This document shows, in pieces, positions 39,632 through 50,810 of a stretch of 64,000 nucleotides of DNA. How positions within the stretch are numbered: position 1 is the stretch's first letter; each line of letters opens with the position of its first letter. The notes beneath the pieces were generated by a model. It did not search any database. It was not told the DNA's origin and was given only the letters and a program-made list of their open reading frames with translations. Source of the DNA: an uncultured Bacilli bacterium (lineage in GTDB: Bacteria > Bacillota_I > Bacilli_A > RF39 > UBA660); the NCBI GenBank assembly GCA_944358415.1, contig CALVRA010000006.1, positions 4,142-68,141 of the forward strand, read 5' to 3'. The position numbers and the translations under genes were made by a program.

Positions 39632-41146
39632 ATGCGTGAGAAGATAACAAAAGATAATATAATTAAGGTTTTGATTACAATTTTATTAATTCAATTACCT
39701 TTTTTAGATATGCTTAGAACGACCGCTTTTAAGGATATTGAAATATTTGGTATTGCTTTGATTGAACTTGGTAATATTATTTTAATCGGGATTTCATTAA
39801 TTATTACTTTTACAAAAATAAAATTAAAAGATATTTTAAAATATATTGGTTTTATTTTAATTGTTATTATTTATATTGTTTTACATTATTTTAATATTAT
39901 TAAGTTTGATACTAATATTTTTCCGGATGCTGATTTTAATTTTATTACAGAAACATTTTATATTTTAAGGGTATATGTTTTACCTTTAACGTTATTGTAT
40001 GTTTTATTTTATAATAGACAAATTTTTAATAAGGAATATTATTTTAAAATTATAAAAGTGATTATTGGTATTATTTCTTTTAGTATTATTATTTTAAATA
40101 TTTTGAAACTTTCTTATATTTCATATAGTGCGGAAAAAAATCATGTACTTTATAATATATTTGATTATTTCTTATATCAAGGTGATTATAAACAATTATC
40201 ATCTAGGGGCTTTTTTGATTCGGCAAATGAACTTTCAGCAATACTTTTTATGCTTATGCCTATAAATATTTATTTGTTATATAAGGAAGGTAAAAAAAGT
40301 AATGTGGTATTATATGTATGTCAATATATTGCAATGGTACTTTTAGGTACTAGAACATCGGCTTATGGAGCGTTTTTGATTAGTATAGTGTCTTTTGGTG
40401 CTTATGTATTGCTTGTTTTGATGAAAAAAGAAAAGATAAGTGAGTCGTTTAATGTGAATTTTATAGTGGCATCTTTGGCTTGTACAGCATTTCTCTTTAT
40501 TTCACCTTTTACATTTGGAAGGATGAATGAGGGGACTCCTGATTTTTCTATTAAGGATCAAACAGCTTATACTGATTTGGAAAATGTAAAGATTGAAGAT
40601 TTAGATAAGTTAATTGAAAAATATAAAAGTGAATATTTGATTAATGATGCTTATTTAAAAATGTATCCTTTAAAAAATGACCCAGAGTTTTGGCTTTCAA
40701 TGGCTAAACGTGATAAAGCGCTTAATAATGATAATAGAAGAATGAAAATTGATATTATTAATAGAGTAGAGGAACGTAATAATAATTCTTATGATAAATG
40801 GCTTGGTATGGGATACACACTTAATTTTATGGATTTAGAGCGTGATTATGTTTATCAATATTATATTTTTGGAATTGTTGGATTGTTGCTTTTAATTGGA
40901 CCATATTTTATAGTTTTAATATATTTAGCAGTTAAAGGGCTTAGAAATTTTAATAAAAATTTTAAATTTATAACTATTTTAGGATGTATGAGTGTGGTGC
41001 TTGGACTTTTAATTGCTTATTATTCTGGTCATGTGTTTGGCTGGGTTAGCCCAATGATGTATTTGGTAATGTTTTTAGCTTTACTTATTTGTATTATTTA
41101 TGATAATTGTGAAGTTTTGAAAAAAGTTAAGAAGGTGAAAAAGTGA
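39632..41146 (+). CDS. Wzy polymerase / O-antigen-ligase-like membrane protein
   Basis: Multi-TM; GFFDSANELSA, LLGTRT, WLGMGY, ERDY..YYIFGIVG, SGHV. Confidence 0.75.
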   Translation: MREKITKDNIIKVLITILLIQLPFLDMLRTTAFKDIEIFGIALIELGNIILIGISLIITFTKIKLKDILKYIGFILIVIIYIVLHYFNIIKFDTNIFPDADFNFITETFYILRVYVLPLTLLYVLFYNRQIFNKEYYFKIIKVIIGIISFSIIILNILKLSYISYSAEKNHVLYNIFDYFLYQGDYKQLSSRGFFDSANELSAILFMLMPINIYLLYKEGKKSNVVLYVCQYIAMVLLGTRTSAYGAFLISIVSFGAYVLLVLMKKEKISESFNVNFIVASLACTAFLFISPFTFGRMNEGTPDFSIKDQTAYTDLENVKIEDLDKLIEKYKSEYLINDAYLKMYPLKNDPEFWLSMAKRDKALNNDNRRMKIDIINRVEERNNNSYDKWLGMGYTLNFMDLERDYVYQYYIFGIVGLLLLIGPYFIVLIYLAVKGLRNFNKNFKFITILGCMSVVLGLLIAYYSGHVFGWVSPMMYLVMFLALLICIIYDNCEVLKKVKKVKK

Positions 41147-42609
41147 AAAAGAAGATTTTGTTATTTATTTCAATTTTTAGTGTTGGTATTTTAGTTACTT
41201 ATCCGGCTTTTGCACCTTCGCATGCTTTGGATAGTTATTGCACTATTTTTAATGGTTATAATAATACTGCTTCTATATTTTTACAAAATGGAAGAATTTT
41301 TAGTGCGTTTTTAATGTGTTTTTATGATTTGATAAGTTTACCAGTTGATTCGATGAATTTTGTTGCTTTATTTTTCTTTAATTTGTTTTTGACTTTAGCT
41401 ATTTTGAAATTATATTTAGTATTCAGTAAAAATAGAGAAGATAAAGCTTCTTTGGCTATTTTATTAGTTAGTACGTTTATGATGTTTTATGGGCCACTTA
41501 TTACAGAAGTATTGTTTTTTAATGAAGCAATGATTTTTGCTTTAGGTATTTTATTAGTTGTTTTAGCTGCGGATAAGTGTGTTTTAGGTGGTATCAAAAA
41601 TTATATTATATCTTTGATATTAATGATTTTAGGAGTAACTTGTTATCAAGGAATCGCTTGTTATTTCTTTGTGATTTTATTGTTAATACTTATGAGTTTA
41701 AAAATAGAAAGTAAAGAAAGCTTTATCAATTTATTTAAGAAGATTGGTATAGGAATTATTATATATGGAATATCATTTTTAACGTCATTTGGAATAGTCC
41801 AAGTGGTTAATACTGTTTTTGATAGTCAAGTAGCTAAATTTGGAGAATTTGATATAATTTCGAATTTGGTTAAAGTATTTACTGATTTACTTCCAACATC
41901 TTTAGAAAATTTATTTGGTTTTATAAATGTTAAATATTATTATATTTTAGTATTTATAATTTTAGGATTAGCAATTTATCTATTTATTAAGAATGACAAC
42001 AAGGTTATTAAAGGAATTCTTTTATTTGGTGTTTTATTTGCAGCAATTGTAATGCCTTTTGTTCCTAATTTGGTTATGGCATCGGATAGTAATTATACGG
42101 CCGCTCGCATGACTTTAACAATAGGTAGTTTACCTAGTATATTAGTTTTATATTTGATTTTTAATTATGAGTTTAATGTTAAATTGAATTATGTTTTTAT
42201 AGGAACTATTTTAATATTTATGTTATTATCTTTTTATAGTATTCATCAAAATACGATGATTAGTTTTAGAAGATATAAAGAAGATGTGAAATATATTAAT
42301 TCTATTGTTCAAGAGATAAATTCTTATGAAAATGATACTGATATAAAGATTAAAAGGATTTATTATGCAAAAGATACTAGTGTGAATTATTATTATAGTT
42401 TTGGGCATGCGAATGGAGCAAATATAAGGTTGCTTGCTGTTGATTGGGCTTTAGATTGTGCATTTCCAGTCTATACTTATAATAAGTATGGATTTAAGAA
42501 AATGAGTGATAAAGATTATAAGAAATATTTTAAAGATAAAAATTATGATGAATTTGACGATGAACAATTAGTGTTTGATGATGATACATTATATTTGCTT
42601 TTATATTAA
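41143..42609 (+). CDS. GtrII-like GT-C glycosyltransferase
   Basis: HALD...FLQNGR, TCYQ, ARM; multi-TM with a C-terminal extracellular domain. Confidence 0.65.
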   Translation: MKKKILLFISIFSVGILVTYPAFAPSHALDSYCTIFNGYNNTASIFLQNGRIFSAFLMCFYDLISLPVDSMNFVALFFFNLFLTLAILKLYLVFSKNREDKASLAILLVSTFMMFYGPLITEVLFFNEAMIFALGILLVVLAADKCVLGGIKNYIISLILMILGVTCYQGIACYFFVILLLILMSLKIESKESFINLFKKIGIGIIIYGISFLTSFGIVQVVNTVFDSQVAKFGEFDIISNLVKVFTDLLPTSLENLFGFINVKYYYILVFIILGLAIYLFIKNDNKVIKGILLFGVLFAAIVMPFVPNLVMASDSNYTAARMTLTIGSLPSILVLYLIFNYEFNVKLNYVFIGTILIFMLLSFYSIHQNTMISFRRYKEDVKYINSIVQEINSYENDTDIKIKRIYYAKDTSVNYYYSFGHANGANIRLLAVDWALDCAFPVYTYNKYGFKKMSDKDYKKYFKDKNYDEFDDEQLVFDDDTLYLLLY

Positions 42610-42624
42610 CGAAAGTAGGGAATT

Positions 42625-44148
42625 ATGATGAGGATTTTAAAAAATAAAGTTAATATTTATATTGTTTTAATTTTTGTATTTACTTTAATATTTAGTTTGC
42701 TTATTCCTATGGGTGGAGATGATTGGGGTAATTATTTACGTAAAGGTGCTTCATTTTCTAATATTATTAGTACGGCTCAGTCATTTTATATGACTTTTGA
42801 AGGACGGTTTTTTAGTCGAATTTTTGATTTTTTGTTAGTTCCTAATGGAGTATTACTGGCTATAGTAAAAGCAAGTTTGATTTCTTTATTATTTTATTTA
42901 ATGTATAGGCTTTTTAAGGTAGAAGAGAAACATTTACCTTTGATTTTAATGGGTATTTTGTTTGTTGATTTTGAGACTTTTGCGCAAGTTTATGTTTGGA
43001 GAACTGGGTGTGTTACTTATTTGTTTCCTTTAGTTTACGCATTTGTATTAATTTTTATTAGAAGAAGAAATATATTTGAAGATGATAGTAAAATTAAATG
43101 GTGGAGTTATTTATTTATTCCTTTAACGTTTGTTTTTTCCATGTTTACTGAGAATACAGCGATTGCAATTATTTTTATTTGTTTACTTAATCTTATATAT
43201 TATTTTGTTAAATATAAAAAGATTGATATTCCTATGCTTTTGTGTTTAATAAGTGCAATTATAGGTTTTTGTTTAATGTATTTTAGTCCTGGTACACAAA
43301 ATAGAGCTAATACTAACGATGTTTTTATGACACTTTCTTTTGTGGGGAAAATTTTATATAATATTCCAAATTTAGTAAATTATACTTTTATAAAAAATTC
43401 ATTTATTACTATTTTATTAATTATATTAATGAGTATAATTGTTTGGAAGAATTTTAATAATAAAGTTTTGAAATATTTGTTTTTAGGATTTATTATTATT
43501 CCGGCTGGATTTACATGTTTAATTTATACTATTTCTTCTTTTTTTACTTTGCCTAATCTTTTTTTAAAAATTTTAAATTCTAAGAATATTTTTATTGATA
43601 TATATTGGATTTTATTTGTAGTTTTATTCTTGTTTTTAGTATTTAAATATTTGAAATTTGATAAAGAAATTATTTACTTTTTAATTATTGCTTTGGTTAC
43701 TGGTGGAGCAATGATGATGTCACCAATATGGGGTGGAAGAACAGCTTCTATAACGTCATTTATGCTTTTTATGGTTATTGGCTTTTGCTTTAAAAGAATG
43801 AATTTGTTTATTTTTAATAAGAAATGGATATTTATTTTAGGCAAGATTTTATGTTTTTCATTTATGATTTTGTTTACTATTTACAGCATTTATATTTATA
43901 ATTTAAATATTGATAGAAATAAGTATATAAATTATCAACTTGAAAATAGGGCGAATGAAATAGAAGTTATAATACTTCCTGGTTATTATACATGGAATTT
44001 AAATACTTGGGGATCAGATGGTGATTTTGCTTATAGTTTTAAAGATGCTTATGGAATTGATAGAGATATGGAATTAATTTATGTTAGTAAAAATGATACT
44101 GCAGTTGATGTTGATAAAATAAAATCATCTAGTAAGTTGAAAGGTTAA
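42625..44148 (+). CDS. GT-C-like membrane protein (DUF6056-like)
   Basis: GDDW...FEGRF, WRTGCVTY, TEN, SPGTQNR. Confidence 0.65.
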   Translation: MMRILKNKVNIYIVLIFVFTLIFSLLIPMGGDDWGNYLRKGASFSNIISTAQSFYMTFEGRFFSRIFDFLLVPNGVLLAIVKASLISLLFYLMYRLFKVEEKHLPLILMGILFVDFETFAQVYVWRTGCVTYLFPLVYAFVLIFIRRRNIFEDDSKIKWWSYLFIPLTFVFSMFTENTAIAIIFICLLNLIYYFVKYKKIDIPMLLCLISAIIGFCLMYFSPGTQNRANTNDVFMTLSFVGKILYNIPNLVNYTFIKNSFITILLIILMSIIVWKNFNNKVLKYLFLGFIIIPAGFTCLIYTISSFFTLPNLFLKILNSKNIFIDIYWILFVVLFLFLVFKYLKFDKEIIYFLIIALVTGGAMMMSPIWGGRTASITSFMLFMVIGFCFKRMNLFIFNKKWIFILGKILCFSFMILFTIYSIYIYNLNIDRNKYINYQLENRANEIEVIILPGYYTWNLNTWGSDGDFAYSFKDAYGIDRDMELIYVSKNDTAVDVDKIKSSSKLKG

Positions 44149-44203
44149 AATATAGTTTTTAATCTTTTTATTTGTGTGATATAATAATTATGGAGGTATA
44201 GAT

Positions 44204-44677
44204 ATGCCTAAGAAAAAAGTGATGTTTATATCTAGTACTGGTGGTCATTTGGAAGAATTACTTAGATTAAAGACTTTATTTAAAGATTATAATTATTCTT
44301 TGATAACAGAGAAAACTAAATCTAATTTAAATTTAAAAAATAAATATAAGAATGTTTCTTTTTTAGTTTATGGAACCAAAGATCATTTGTTTTCTTATAT
44401 ATTTAAGTTTATTTTTAATGTTTTTAAAAGTTTTTTTCTTTATTTTAAATATAAACCTAAATATATTGTGACAACTGGAACACATACAGCGGTACCAATG
44501 TGTTATATTGGTAAACTGTTTAGAAGTAAAATTATTTTTATTGAAACATTTGCGAATAGAGAGACTTGTACATTAGCAGGAAGAATGATTTATCCAATTG
44601 CCGATAAATTTATTGTACAGTGGGAAGAAATGCTTAAATTTTACCCTAAAGCTGAATGTTGGGGGTGGATATTTTGA
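44204..44677 (+). CDS. Alg14/PssD/CpsF-like glycosyltransferase subunit
   Basis: SSTGGHLEEL, VTTG, FIETFA, FIVQWEE. Confidence 0.9.
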   Translation: MPKKKVMFISSTGGHLEELLRLKTLFKDYNYSLITEKTKSNLNLKNKYKNVSFLVYGTKDHLFSYIFKFIFNVFKSFFLYFKYKPKYIVTTGTHTAVPMCYIGKLFRSKIIFIETFANRETCTLAGRMIYPIADKFIVQWEEMLKFYPKAECWGWIF

Positions 44678-45153
44678 TTTTTGTTACTTTGGGAACTCAA
44701 GATAAAAGCTTTGAAAGATTACTAGATGCAGTTCAAAAACAAATTGATTTAGGCAATATAAAAGATGAAGTAATAGTTCAGTCAGGTTATACAAAATTTA
44801 AAAGTAAAGATATGAAGATATTTGATTTGGTAAATCGTGATAAATTTGATGAATATATGTCTAATTGTAGTTTATTAATTACGCATGGCGGCGTAGGATC
44901 TATTATTGGCGGACTTAATCATGGAAAAAAAGTTATTGCAGCAGCAAGACTTAAAAAATATAAAGAGCATACCAATGATCATCAGATTCAAATTATTGAA
45001 GCTTTTTCTAATGAAGGATATATTTTATCTTTAGATGATTTTGATAAACTAGATACGGTTTTAAAAGAGGCAGAGTCCTTTAAACCAAAAAAATTTATTA
45101 GTAATACTAATAAATTTGCAAGTAAATTAAGTGAATATATTGATAATCACTAA
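44674..45153 (+). CDS. Alg13/PssE/CpsG-like glycosyltransferase subunit
   Basis: IFVTLGTQDKSFERL, ITHGGVGSI, EHTNDHQ; TTG start overlapping the previous stop. Confidence 0.9.
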   Translation: MIFVTLGTQDKSFERLLDAVQKQIDLGNIKDEVIVQSGYTKFKSKDMKIFDLVNRDKFDEYMSNCSLLITHGGVGSIIGGLNHGKKVIAAARLKKYKEHTNDHQIQIIEAFSNEGYILSLDDFDKLDTVLKEAESFKPKKFISNTNKFASKLSEYIDNH

Positions 45154-45171
45154 GAGCTATTTTAGCTCTTT
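45152..45171. terminator. Bidirectional terminator
   Basis: AAGAGCTA-tttt-TAGCTCTT between convergent genes. Confidence 0.65.
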
Positions 45172-46190
45172 TAAATTTCCCATTTCATGATTGTTTTAAA
45201 TTCGTTATTTTGATCTTCTTTGAATGCTTTATGAATATCATTGACACTTTTTACAACAATTTCACTAGAAATAATATTATTTAGATAGTCTTTTGCTTCT
45301 GGGTAATTATTTAAAAAATTGATTGCTGCTTCGAAGTCTTCATAACCACTTCGACTGTTACCTAGAACTGTGAGACCTTTTTCTAATATTATTCTAGTAT
45401 TAATTGGAATTTTGTTTTCTGATACTCCAAGTAAGGCAATACTGCCTTCTGGATTAATATAATCAATAATTTGGTTAATGGCTGATTCGGCATTTGGCCC
45501 TCCAACACATTCAAAAGCGTGATCTACAGTTAAGTTTTCTGGAATATCTGAAATTGTGTAAGTTTGGTCTGCAAAACCGAAATATCTTAGTTTTTCTTCA
45601 GTGGTTCCAAATACGATTATAGTTGCATTTGGAAATGTTTTTTTAAGAATTAGAGAAGTAACAAAACCTAAATTGCCATTGCCCCATACACCAATTGTTT
45701 GTTTTCTTAAATGACTGTAGTGATTGAAGTGTTCTAACGCATTCATAGCAACGCTCATGAGTTCTAAAAGTACGGCTATTTTGTCTTGAATGTTTTTGTA
45801 TGGAATGATTCTATTTCTGTTTATATATACAAGATTTTGCATGAATCCATCATAGCCGCTTGATTTAAAGTAGCTACCTTGACGATAGTTTTCTTTAATT
45901 ATATCATCTTTGGTAGTAGGAGTATTAGGGATTAATACTACTTTGGTTTTCGGTTTATATTCACCTTTAGGGTCATATATGATTTCTCCTACAGCTTCAT
46001 GAATTAGAGCCATTGGGAGTTTATTTTTTAGGGCTTCTTTGCTTCGATTTCCTGTATAGTATCTTTGATCGGCGGCACATATTGATAAATATGTCGGTCT
46101 TATTATGACTTCATTTTCTTTTAATTTTTCTTCTATTAAATCAGTTCTTATTTGTTTTGGTGAAAATAAGCGATATGATTGATTAATCAT
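45171..46190 (-). CDS. tarJ: Ribitol-5-phosphate dehydrogenase
   Basis: MINQSYRL, LSICAADQRYY, PMALIHE, SSGYDGFMQ, DHAFECVGG. Confidence 0.9.
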   Translation of the reverse strand: MINQSYRLFSPKQIRTDLIEEKLKENEVIIRPTYLSICAADQRYYTGNRSKEALKNKLPMALIHEAVGEIIYDPKGEYKPKTKVVLIPNTPTTKDDIIKENYRQGSYFKSSGYDGFMQNLVYINRNRIIPYKNIQDKIAVLLELMSVAMNALEHFNHYSHLRKQTIGVWGNGNLGFVTSLILKKTFPNATIIVFGTTEEKLRYFGFADQTYTISDIPENLTVDHAFECVGGPNAESAINQIIDYINPEGSIALLGVSENKIPINTRIILEKGLTVLGNSRSGYEDFEAAINFLNNYPEAKDYLNNIISSEIVVKSVNDIHKAFKEDQNNEFKTIMKWEI

Positions 46191-46897
46191 TTTGTGCGCT
46201 CCATCAATATGGCATTAGCAATTTTTAAATCGTGCATAGTTGTTATTTTTATATTAAATACTTCACCGGGAACTAATTTTACAGTTTTATTTTTAAGTAT
46301 GTATATTTTACATGCGTCTGTTAGGACTTGTTTTTCTTCTTTATTTAATTCGTTATACAATGTCATTAATTCTTTTATTTTAAAACTTTGTGGTGTTTGT
46401 CCTTGGTACATGGTGTCTCTTTTAGGAATGTTTGAAATTGTATCATTATTTTTTGATTCAACAATGGTGTCAATTGCTGATATTACTGTATCGGTTGCTC
46501 CAAATTTTTTACATGTTTCAATATTATTTTCGATAATTTTTTGGGTGATGAATGGTCTTACAGCGTCGTGGGTGACAATTATATCGTCATCTTTTAAACC
46601 GAAGTTTTTCTCGATATATTTACATCCGTTCATAATTGTTTCATTGCGGTCACTGCCACCAGCAACTAAGATAATGTTGCTTTTTTGGGGAAAATATTTT
46701 TCTATAAGGTCATTAGCATAAGTTAGCCATTTACTTGGACAACAAACTAATATTTTATCGAATTTTCCTGATATAAAAAACTGTTCTATTGTATGAATTA
46801 TAATAGGTTTTGAGCCTAACATCATAAATTGTTTGGGTAAGTCTGTATTACCCATTCTAGTACCGGATCCACCGGCTAAAATTTCTGCATAAATCAT
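46187..46897 (-). CDS. tarI: Ribitol-5-phosphate cytidylyltransferase (IspD/TarI family)
   Basis: LAGGSGTRMG, PKQF, THDAVRPF, QTPQ, NIKITT; coupled to tarJ. Confidence 0.9.
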   Translation of the reverse strand: MIYAEILAGGSGTRMGNTDLPKQFMMLGSKPIIIHTIEQFFISGKFDKILVCCPSKWLTYANDLIEKYFPQKSNIILVAGGSDRNETIMNGCKYIEKNFGLKDDDIIVTHDAVRPFITQKIIENNIETCKKFGATDTVISAIDTIVESKNNDTISNIPKRDTMYQGQTPQSFKIKELMTLYNELNKEEKQVLTDACKIYILKNKTVKLVPGEVFNIKITTMHDLKIANAILMERTK

Positions 46898-47000
46898 TTT
46901 TTTACCTCCAAATTAATTATAACATTAATATTTTGAAGTGTAAATTTTAAATTTGTAGTATCTAGTATTTATATTTTAATTTTGATATAATTATTTATAG

Positions 47001-48047
47001 GTGGTAGTGATGCATCAGTGTGATAGAATAGCTTTTTATGATAATTTGAAATTTATTTTAATATTATTAGTTGTTTTTGGTCATGTACTGGGGTGTAATC
47101 TTGATGGTGGATATATTACAGGAATTTATCTGTTTATTTATGCTTTTCATATGCCGTTATTTGTTTTTATTACGGGCTTTTTTTCAAAAAGATTGGAAGA
47201 TGAAAATGGAAATTTTAGATTAAATAATGTTATTAGTTATGTTTTACTTTATTTAGGATTTAAAGTTTTACTTTTTATTTTTATGCGATTTATTTTACAT
47301 CAAGATATAGCTTTTTATTTGTTTACTGAACACGATGCCCCTTGGTATTTACTAGCCTGTGCATTATGGTTAAGTATTACTTATTTGGTTAGGAATGTTA
47401 AATCTAAGTATATGTTTGTTTTTAGTATTTTGTTTGCTTTGATAATTGGTTATGATTATTATGTTGAAGATGTATTTGTGTTATCTAGGGTTATCGTATT
47501 TTTTCCATTCTTTTTGTTTGGATATTATTTATCTGATAAGAGGCTTAATATGTTTATTAATGTTTTGCATAAGCGTAAAAATCAAGTTTTATCTTTTTTG
47601 TTTTTAGTTATTCTTTTGATTACTTTTATATGTTTTGCAGAAAATCTTGATTTTTTAAGACCTTTTGTTTTAGTATCTTATTCTTATGGTTTTACAATTC
47701 CGTTTATTGATAATGTTTATTTTGTATTAATTAGATTATTTTGTATGTGTTTGGCTTTTTTAATGATGTGGGCAGTTATTTCTTTAGTTCCTAGAAGAAA
47801 AATGTTTTTTTCAAAAATTGGACGGAGAACATTACAGATTTATATTTTGCATTTGTTTTTTGTTTATTTGGTGTTTTATACAAGAATTGAGGGTTATTTG
47901 GCAAACTTTTTTGGAAATATTTGGCCGTTTGTGTTATTTGTTTTACCTATTTTATTGACATTTTTGTTGTCATTTAGGTTTTTAGGTAAGCCTTTTAATA
48001 AAATAATGGGTTTAGAATATAAAAAAATTTTTAATAATTTAAAGTAG
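47001..48047 (+). CDS. Acyltransferase-3 family protein
   Basis: [38 protein letters not shown]. Confidence 0.88.
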   Translation: MVVMHQCDRIAFYDNLKFILILLVVFGHVLGCNLDGGYITGIYLFIYAFHMPLFVFITGFFSKRLEDENGNFRLNNVISYVLLYLGFKVLLFIFMRFILHQDIAFYLFTEHDAPWYLLACALWLSITYLVRNVKSKYMFVFSILFALIIGYDYYVEDVFVLSRVIVFFPFFLFGYYLSDKRLNMFINVLHKRKNQVLSFLFLVILLITFICFAENLDFLRPFVLVSYSYGFTIPFIDNVYFVLIRLFCMCLAFLMMWAVISLVPRRKMFFSKIGRRTLQIYILHLFFVYLVFYTRIEGYLANFFGNIWPFVLFVLPILLTFLLSFRFLGKPFNKIMGLEYKKIFNNLK

Positions 48048-48055
48048 GTGATAGA

Positions 48056-48886
48056 ATGTATAAGAAAATAGATGATGCAGTTATGAAAAAATTACATGCT
48101 GTTCAGGTGGAAATATTAAACGAAATTGTACGTGTTTGTGATGTACTTAATATTGATTATTATTTAATAGGTGGTACTTTACTTGGAGCGGTGAGACATA
48201 AAGGATTTATTCCATGGGATGATGATGTTGATCTTGGTATGCTTAGAGATGATTATGATTTGTTTATAGCAAAAGCTCCTAGTATTTTAAGTGATAAATA
48301 TGATTTACAGTGTTACGAAACAGATGAAAAGTGTTATTTTCCATTTGTTAAAATTCGAAAGAAAAATACTATTTTCAATGAAGAAGAAATAAAGGATTTA
48401 GATGTTAATAAGGGCATTTTTGTTGATATTTTTCCGATGGAGGTAATTGATAATCCAAATAGTAAAAAACTTAGAATAGATGCAATGTTTATTAAAAATA
48501 TTTGGGAGGTAGTGCTTTTAAAGACCGGTGTTTATCAAAGCGTAAAAGAAACTAGGCATCATATTTTATCTAGATTTTTGAATATATTTAGTTTAAAATG
48601 GCTAAAAAAATGGCAAATGAAATTATTAAAAAGTCAGAATAAAAGTGATGGTAAATATATTTCTATTTTAGTTGGGGCTTATAATTATAGAAAAGATACT
48701 TATGAAAAGGATAAACTAATTCCGCCTTCTTTCGTTTGGTTTGAAAATCAAAAGTATAAAAGTTTTGCGGATTATAATTATTATTTAGAGCATTTGTATG
48801 GTGATTATATGAAACTTCCGCCAAAAGAAAAAAGGGTTAATCATGCACCAGATGAGATTGTTTTTGATGTAAATAAACAAGAGTAA
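48056..48886 (+). CDS. LicD-family phosphotransferase
   Basis: [35 protein letters not shown]. Confidence 0.92.
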   Translation: MYKKIDDAVMKKLHAVQVEILNEIVRVCDVLNIDYYLIGGTLLGAVRHKGFIPWDDDVDLGMLRDDYDLFIAKAPSILSDKYDLQCYETDEKCYFPFVKIRKKNTIFNEEEIKDLDVNKGIFVDIFPMEVIDNPNSKKLRIDAMFIKNIWEVVLLKTGVYQSVKETRHHILSRFLNIFSLKWLKKWQMKLLKSQNKSDGKYISILVGAYNYRKDTYEKDKLIPPSFVWFENQKYKSFADYNYYLEHLYGDYMKLPPKEKRVNHAPDEIVFDVNKQE

Positions 48887-49027
48887 AATGTGAATATAGT
48901 TTTTAGTAAGATAAAGTTAGGTTTTTCCTAGCTTTTTGTTGTAAAAATTTATTTATTAAGATATAATAAATATTAGCAAAAGTTGTTTTGTATTATTTAA
49001 AAGCATTATAGAAAAGGTTGATGATTA

Positions 49028-49840
49028 ATGAATAATTTTATTTTTTGTTTTATTTTATTTTTTATTGTTTGTATTTTCATAATTTATACTTTTAATTTAC
49101 AACAATATTTCTTTAAATTAAAAGTAAATAGGAAAAGTTTGATATGTATTGGTGTTTTATTTGTTTCTGTATTTTCTATTTTAACGGTTACAGCTGGTGA
49201 AAATGAAAAAAGTACTCAGGTAAAAAAGATGTCATTTTTAGATGATAATTCTAATGGTATGATTCAAGACATTTCATTAAATAAAGTAGTAATTGTTGGA
49301 GATTCACGAATGGAACTTATTGCTTCTAAGGAAGATGAACTAGATATTCCAAATAATTTTATTTTTGATGCTTTAAGTGGGGCTAGAAGAAAATGGCTTA
49401 TTGATTCTGGCAGGCCAAAGTTAGAGAAAATACTTGATAATAAAGATAATAATTATACTTATCATGTTGTTTTTAATTTGGGAGTTAATGATTTAAATTC
49501 ATCTGATAATCCTAAGACGTTAGCTGATAAATATTTTGATATTTATAAAGAAATTATTTTTGAATATTCTGATGTTTATTTTTATTTCCTTTCTGTTAAT
49601 CCGATAGATGAGGATGTTATTGAAGAAAAATTTTCTCCTAATGAAAGAACTAATGATAAAATTGAAGTGTTTAATGCTAGAATGTATGAAAATATGGTTG
49701 ATTTAAATAATAAGCGTGTAAATTATTGTGATGCATATAATAGATTAAAATTCGGACTTCCTGATGGTTTACATTATGATGATGAAACAGACCAACGTAT
49801 TGTTGATTTTATAGCTAGAGATTGTATAAATTTTAAGTAA
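49028..49840 (+). CDS. Membrane-anchored SGNH/GDSL hydrolase
   Basis: VGDSR, LGVND, DGLHY blocks; two N-terminal TM segments. Confidence 0.8.
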   Translation: MNNFIFCFILFFIVCIFIIYTFNLQQYFFKLKVNRKSLICIGVLFVSVFSILTVTAGENEKSTQVKKMSFLDDNSNGMIQDISLNKVVIVGDSRMELIASKEDELDIPNNFIFDALSGARRKWLIDSGRPKLEKILDNKDNNYTYHVVFNLGVNDLNSSDNPKTLADKYFDIYKEIIFEYSDVYFYFLSVNPIDEDVIEEKFSPNERTNDKIEVFNARMYENMVDLNNKRVNYCDAYNRLKFGLPDGLHYDDETDQRIVDFIARDCINFK

Positions 49841-49855
49841 TTTAGGGGTGATTTT

Positions 49856-50800
49856 TTGACAAAGGTGAGTATCATTGTACCAGTTTATAATGTTTCAAAG
49901 TATTTAAGAAAATGTTTGGATAGTTTGGTTGATCAAACTTTAAAGGATATAGAAATTATTGCGGTTAATGATGGGTCTACTGATGATAGTTTATCTATTT
50001 TAAAAGAGTATGAAAAAAAATATTCTGGTATTTTAAAGTGTTATACTAAAAAAAATGGTGGTCTTAGTGATGCAAGAAATTATGGTTTAAAATATGCGAA
50101 AGGAAAGTATGTTGCTTTTGTTGATAGTGATGATTATGTAAAAAAAGATATGTTTTTAAAAATGTATAATTATGCAGTTAAGAATAATTTAGATGTTACT
50201 GTAGCTGATACAATTATAAAAGACGAGTCATCAGAATATGTTTTGAAATCTAATTTGAATTATTCTTCTGATGTTTTGAAAAATTATGTTATTGCTTATC
50301 CAATGGCATGTATAAGATTAATAAATAGAAATATTTTAAAAGATTTTTCATTCAAAAAGGGAATATTTTATGAGGATTTGGAAGCGATGCCTTCATTTGT
50401 ATTAAAAACGAAAAAAATAGGTTTTATTGATTATGCAGGATATTTTTATGTTCAAAGATCAGGTAGTATTATGAAACAAAAGGACTTTAATTCTAAACTT
50501 TTGGACATTTTTGATGTACTTGATATTAATAAAAAAAGATTATATGACAAATATCCTTTGGAAATAGAGTATTTATATATTACTCATTTACTTAGAAGTG
50601 CGACACTTAGATTTTTGGATTATAAAAATAGTAGTGTGTATTTAGAAAAAATAAGAAAAATTATGAAAAGTGAATTTCCTAATTTTAGAAAAAATTTATA
50701 TTTTAAAAAATCTAGTTTTAAATTAAAAATGGTATGTAATTTAGCTTATGGTGGACATTATAATATACTAAAATTGATTAAAAGAATATTTGATAAGTAG
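49856..50800 (+). CDS. GT2 glycosyltransferase
   Basis: VSIIVPVYN, NDGSTD, NGGLSDARN, FVDSDD. Confidence 0.92.
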   Translation: MTKVSIIVPVYNVSKYLRKCLDSLVDQTLKDIEIIAVNDGSTDDSLSILKEYEKKYSGILKCYTKKNGGLSDARNYGLKYAKGKYVAFVDSDDYVKKDMFLKMYNYAVKNNLDVTVADTIIKDESSEYVLKSNLNYSSDVLKNYVIAYPMACIRLINRNILKDFSFKKGIFYEDLEAMPSFVLKTKKIGFIDYAGYFYVQRSGSIMKQKDFNSKLLDIFDVLDINKKRLYDKYPLEIEYLYITHLLRSATLRFLDYKNSSVYLEKIRKIMKSEFPNFRKNLYFKKSSFKLKMVCNLAYGGHYNILKLIKRIFDK

Positions 50801-50810
50801 GGTGATTTAT

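Noticed and set aside
46179-46721. 180-aa plus-strand ORF
   Set aside because: Antisense shadow of tarI with no recognisable motif
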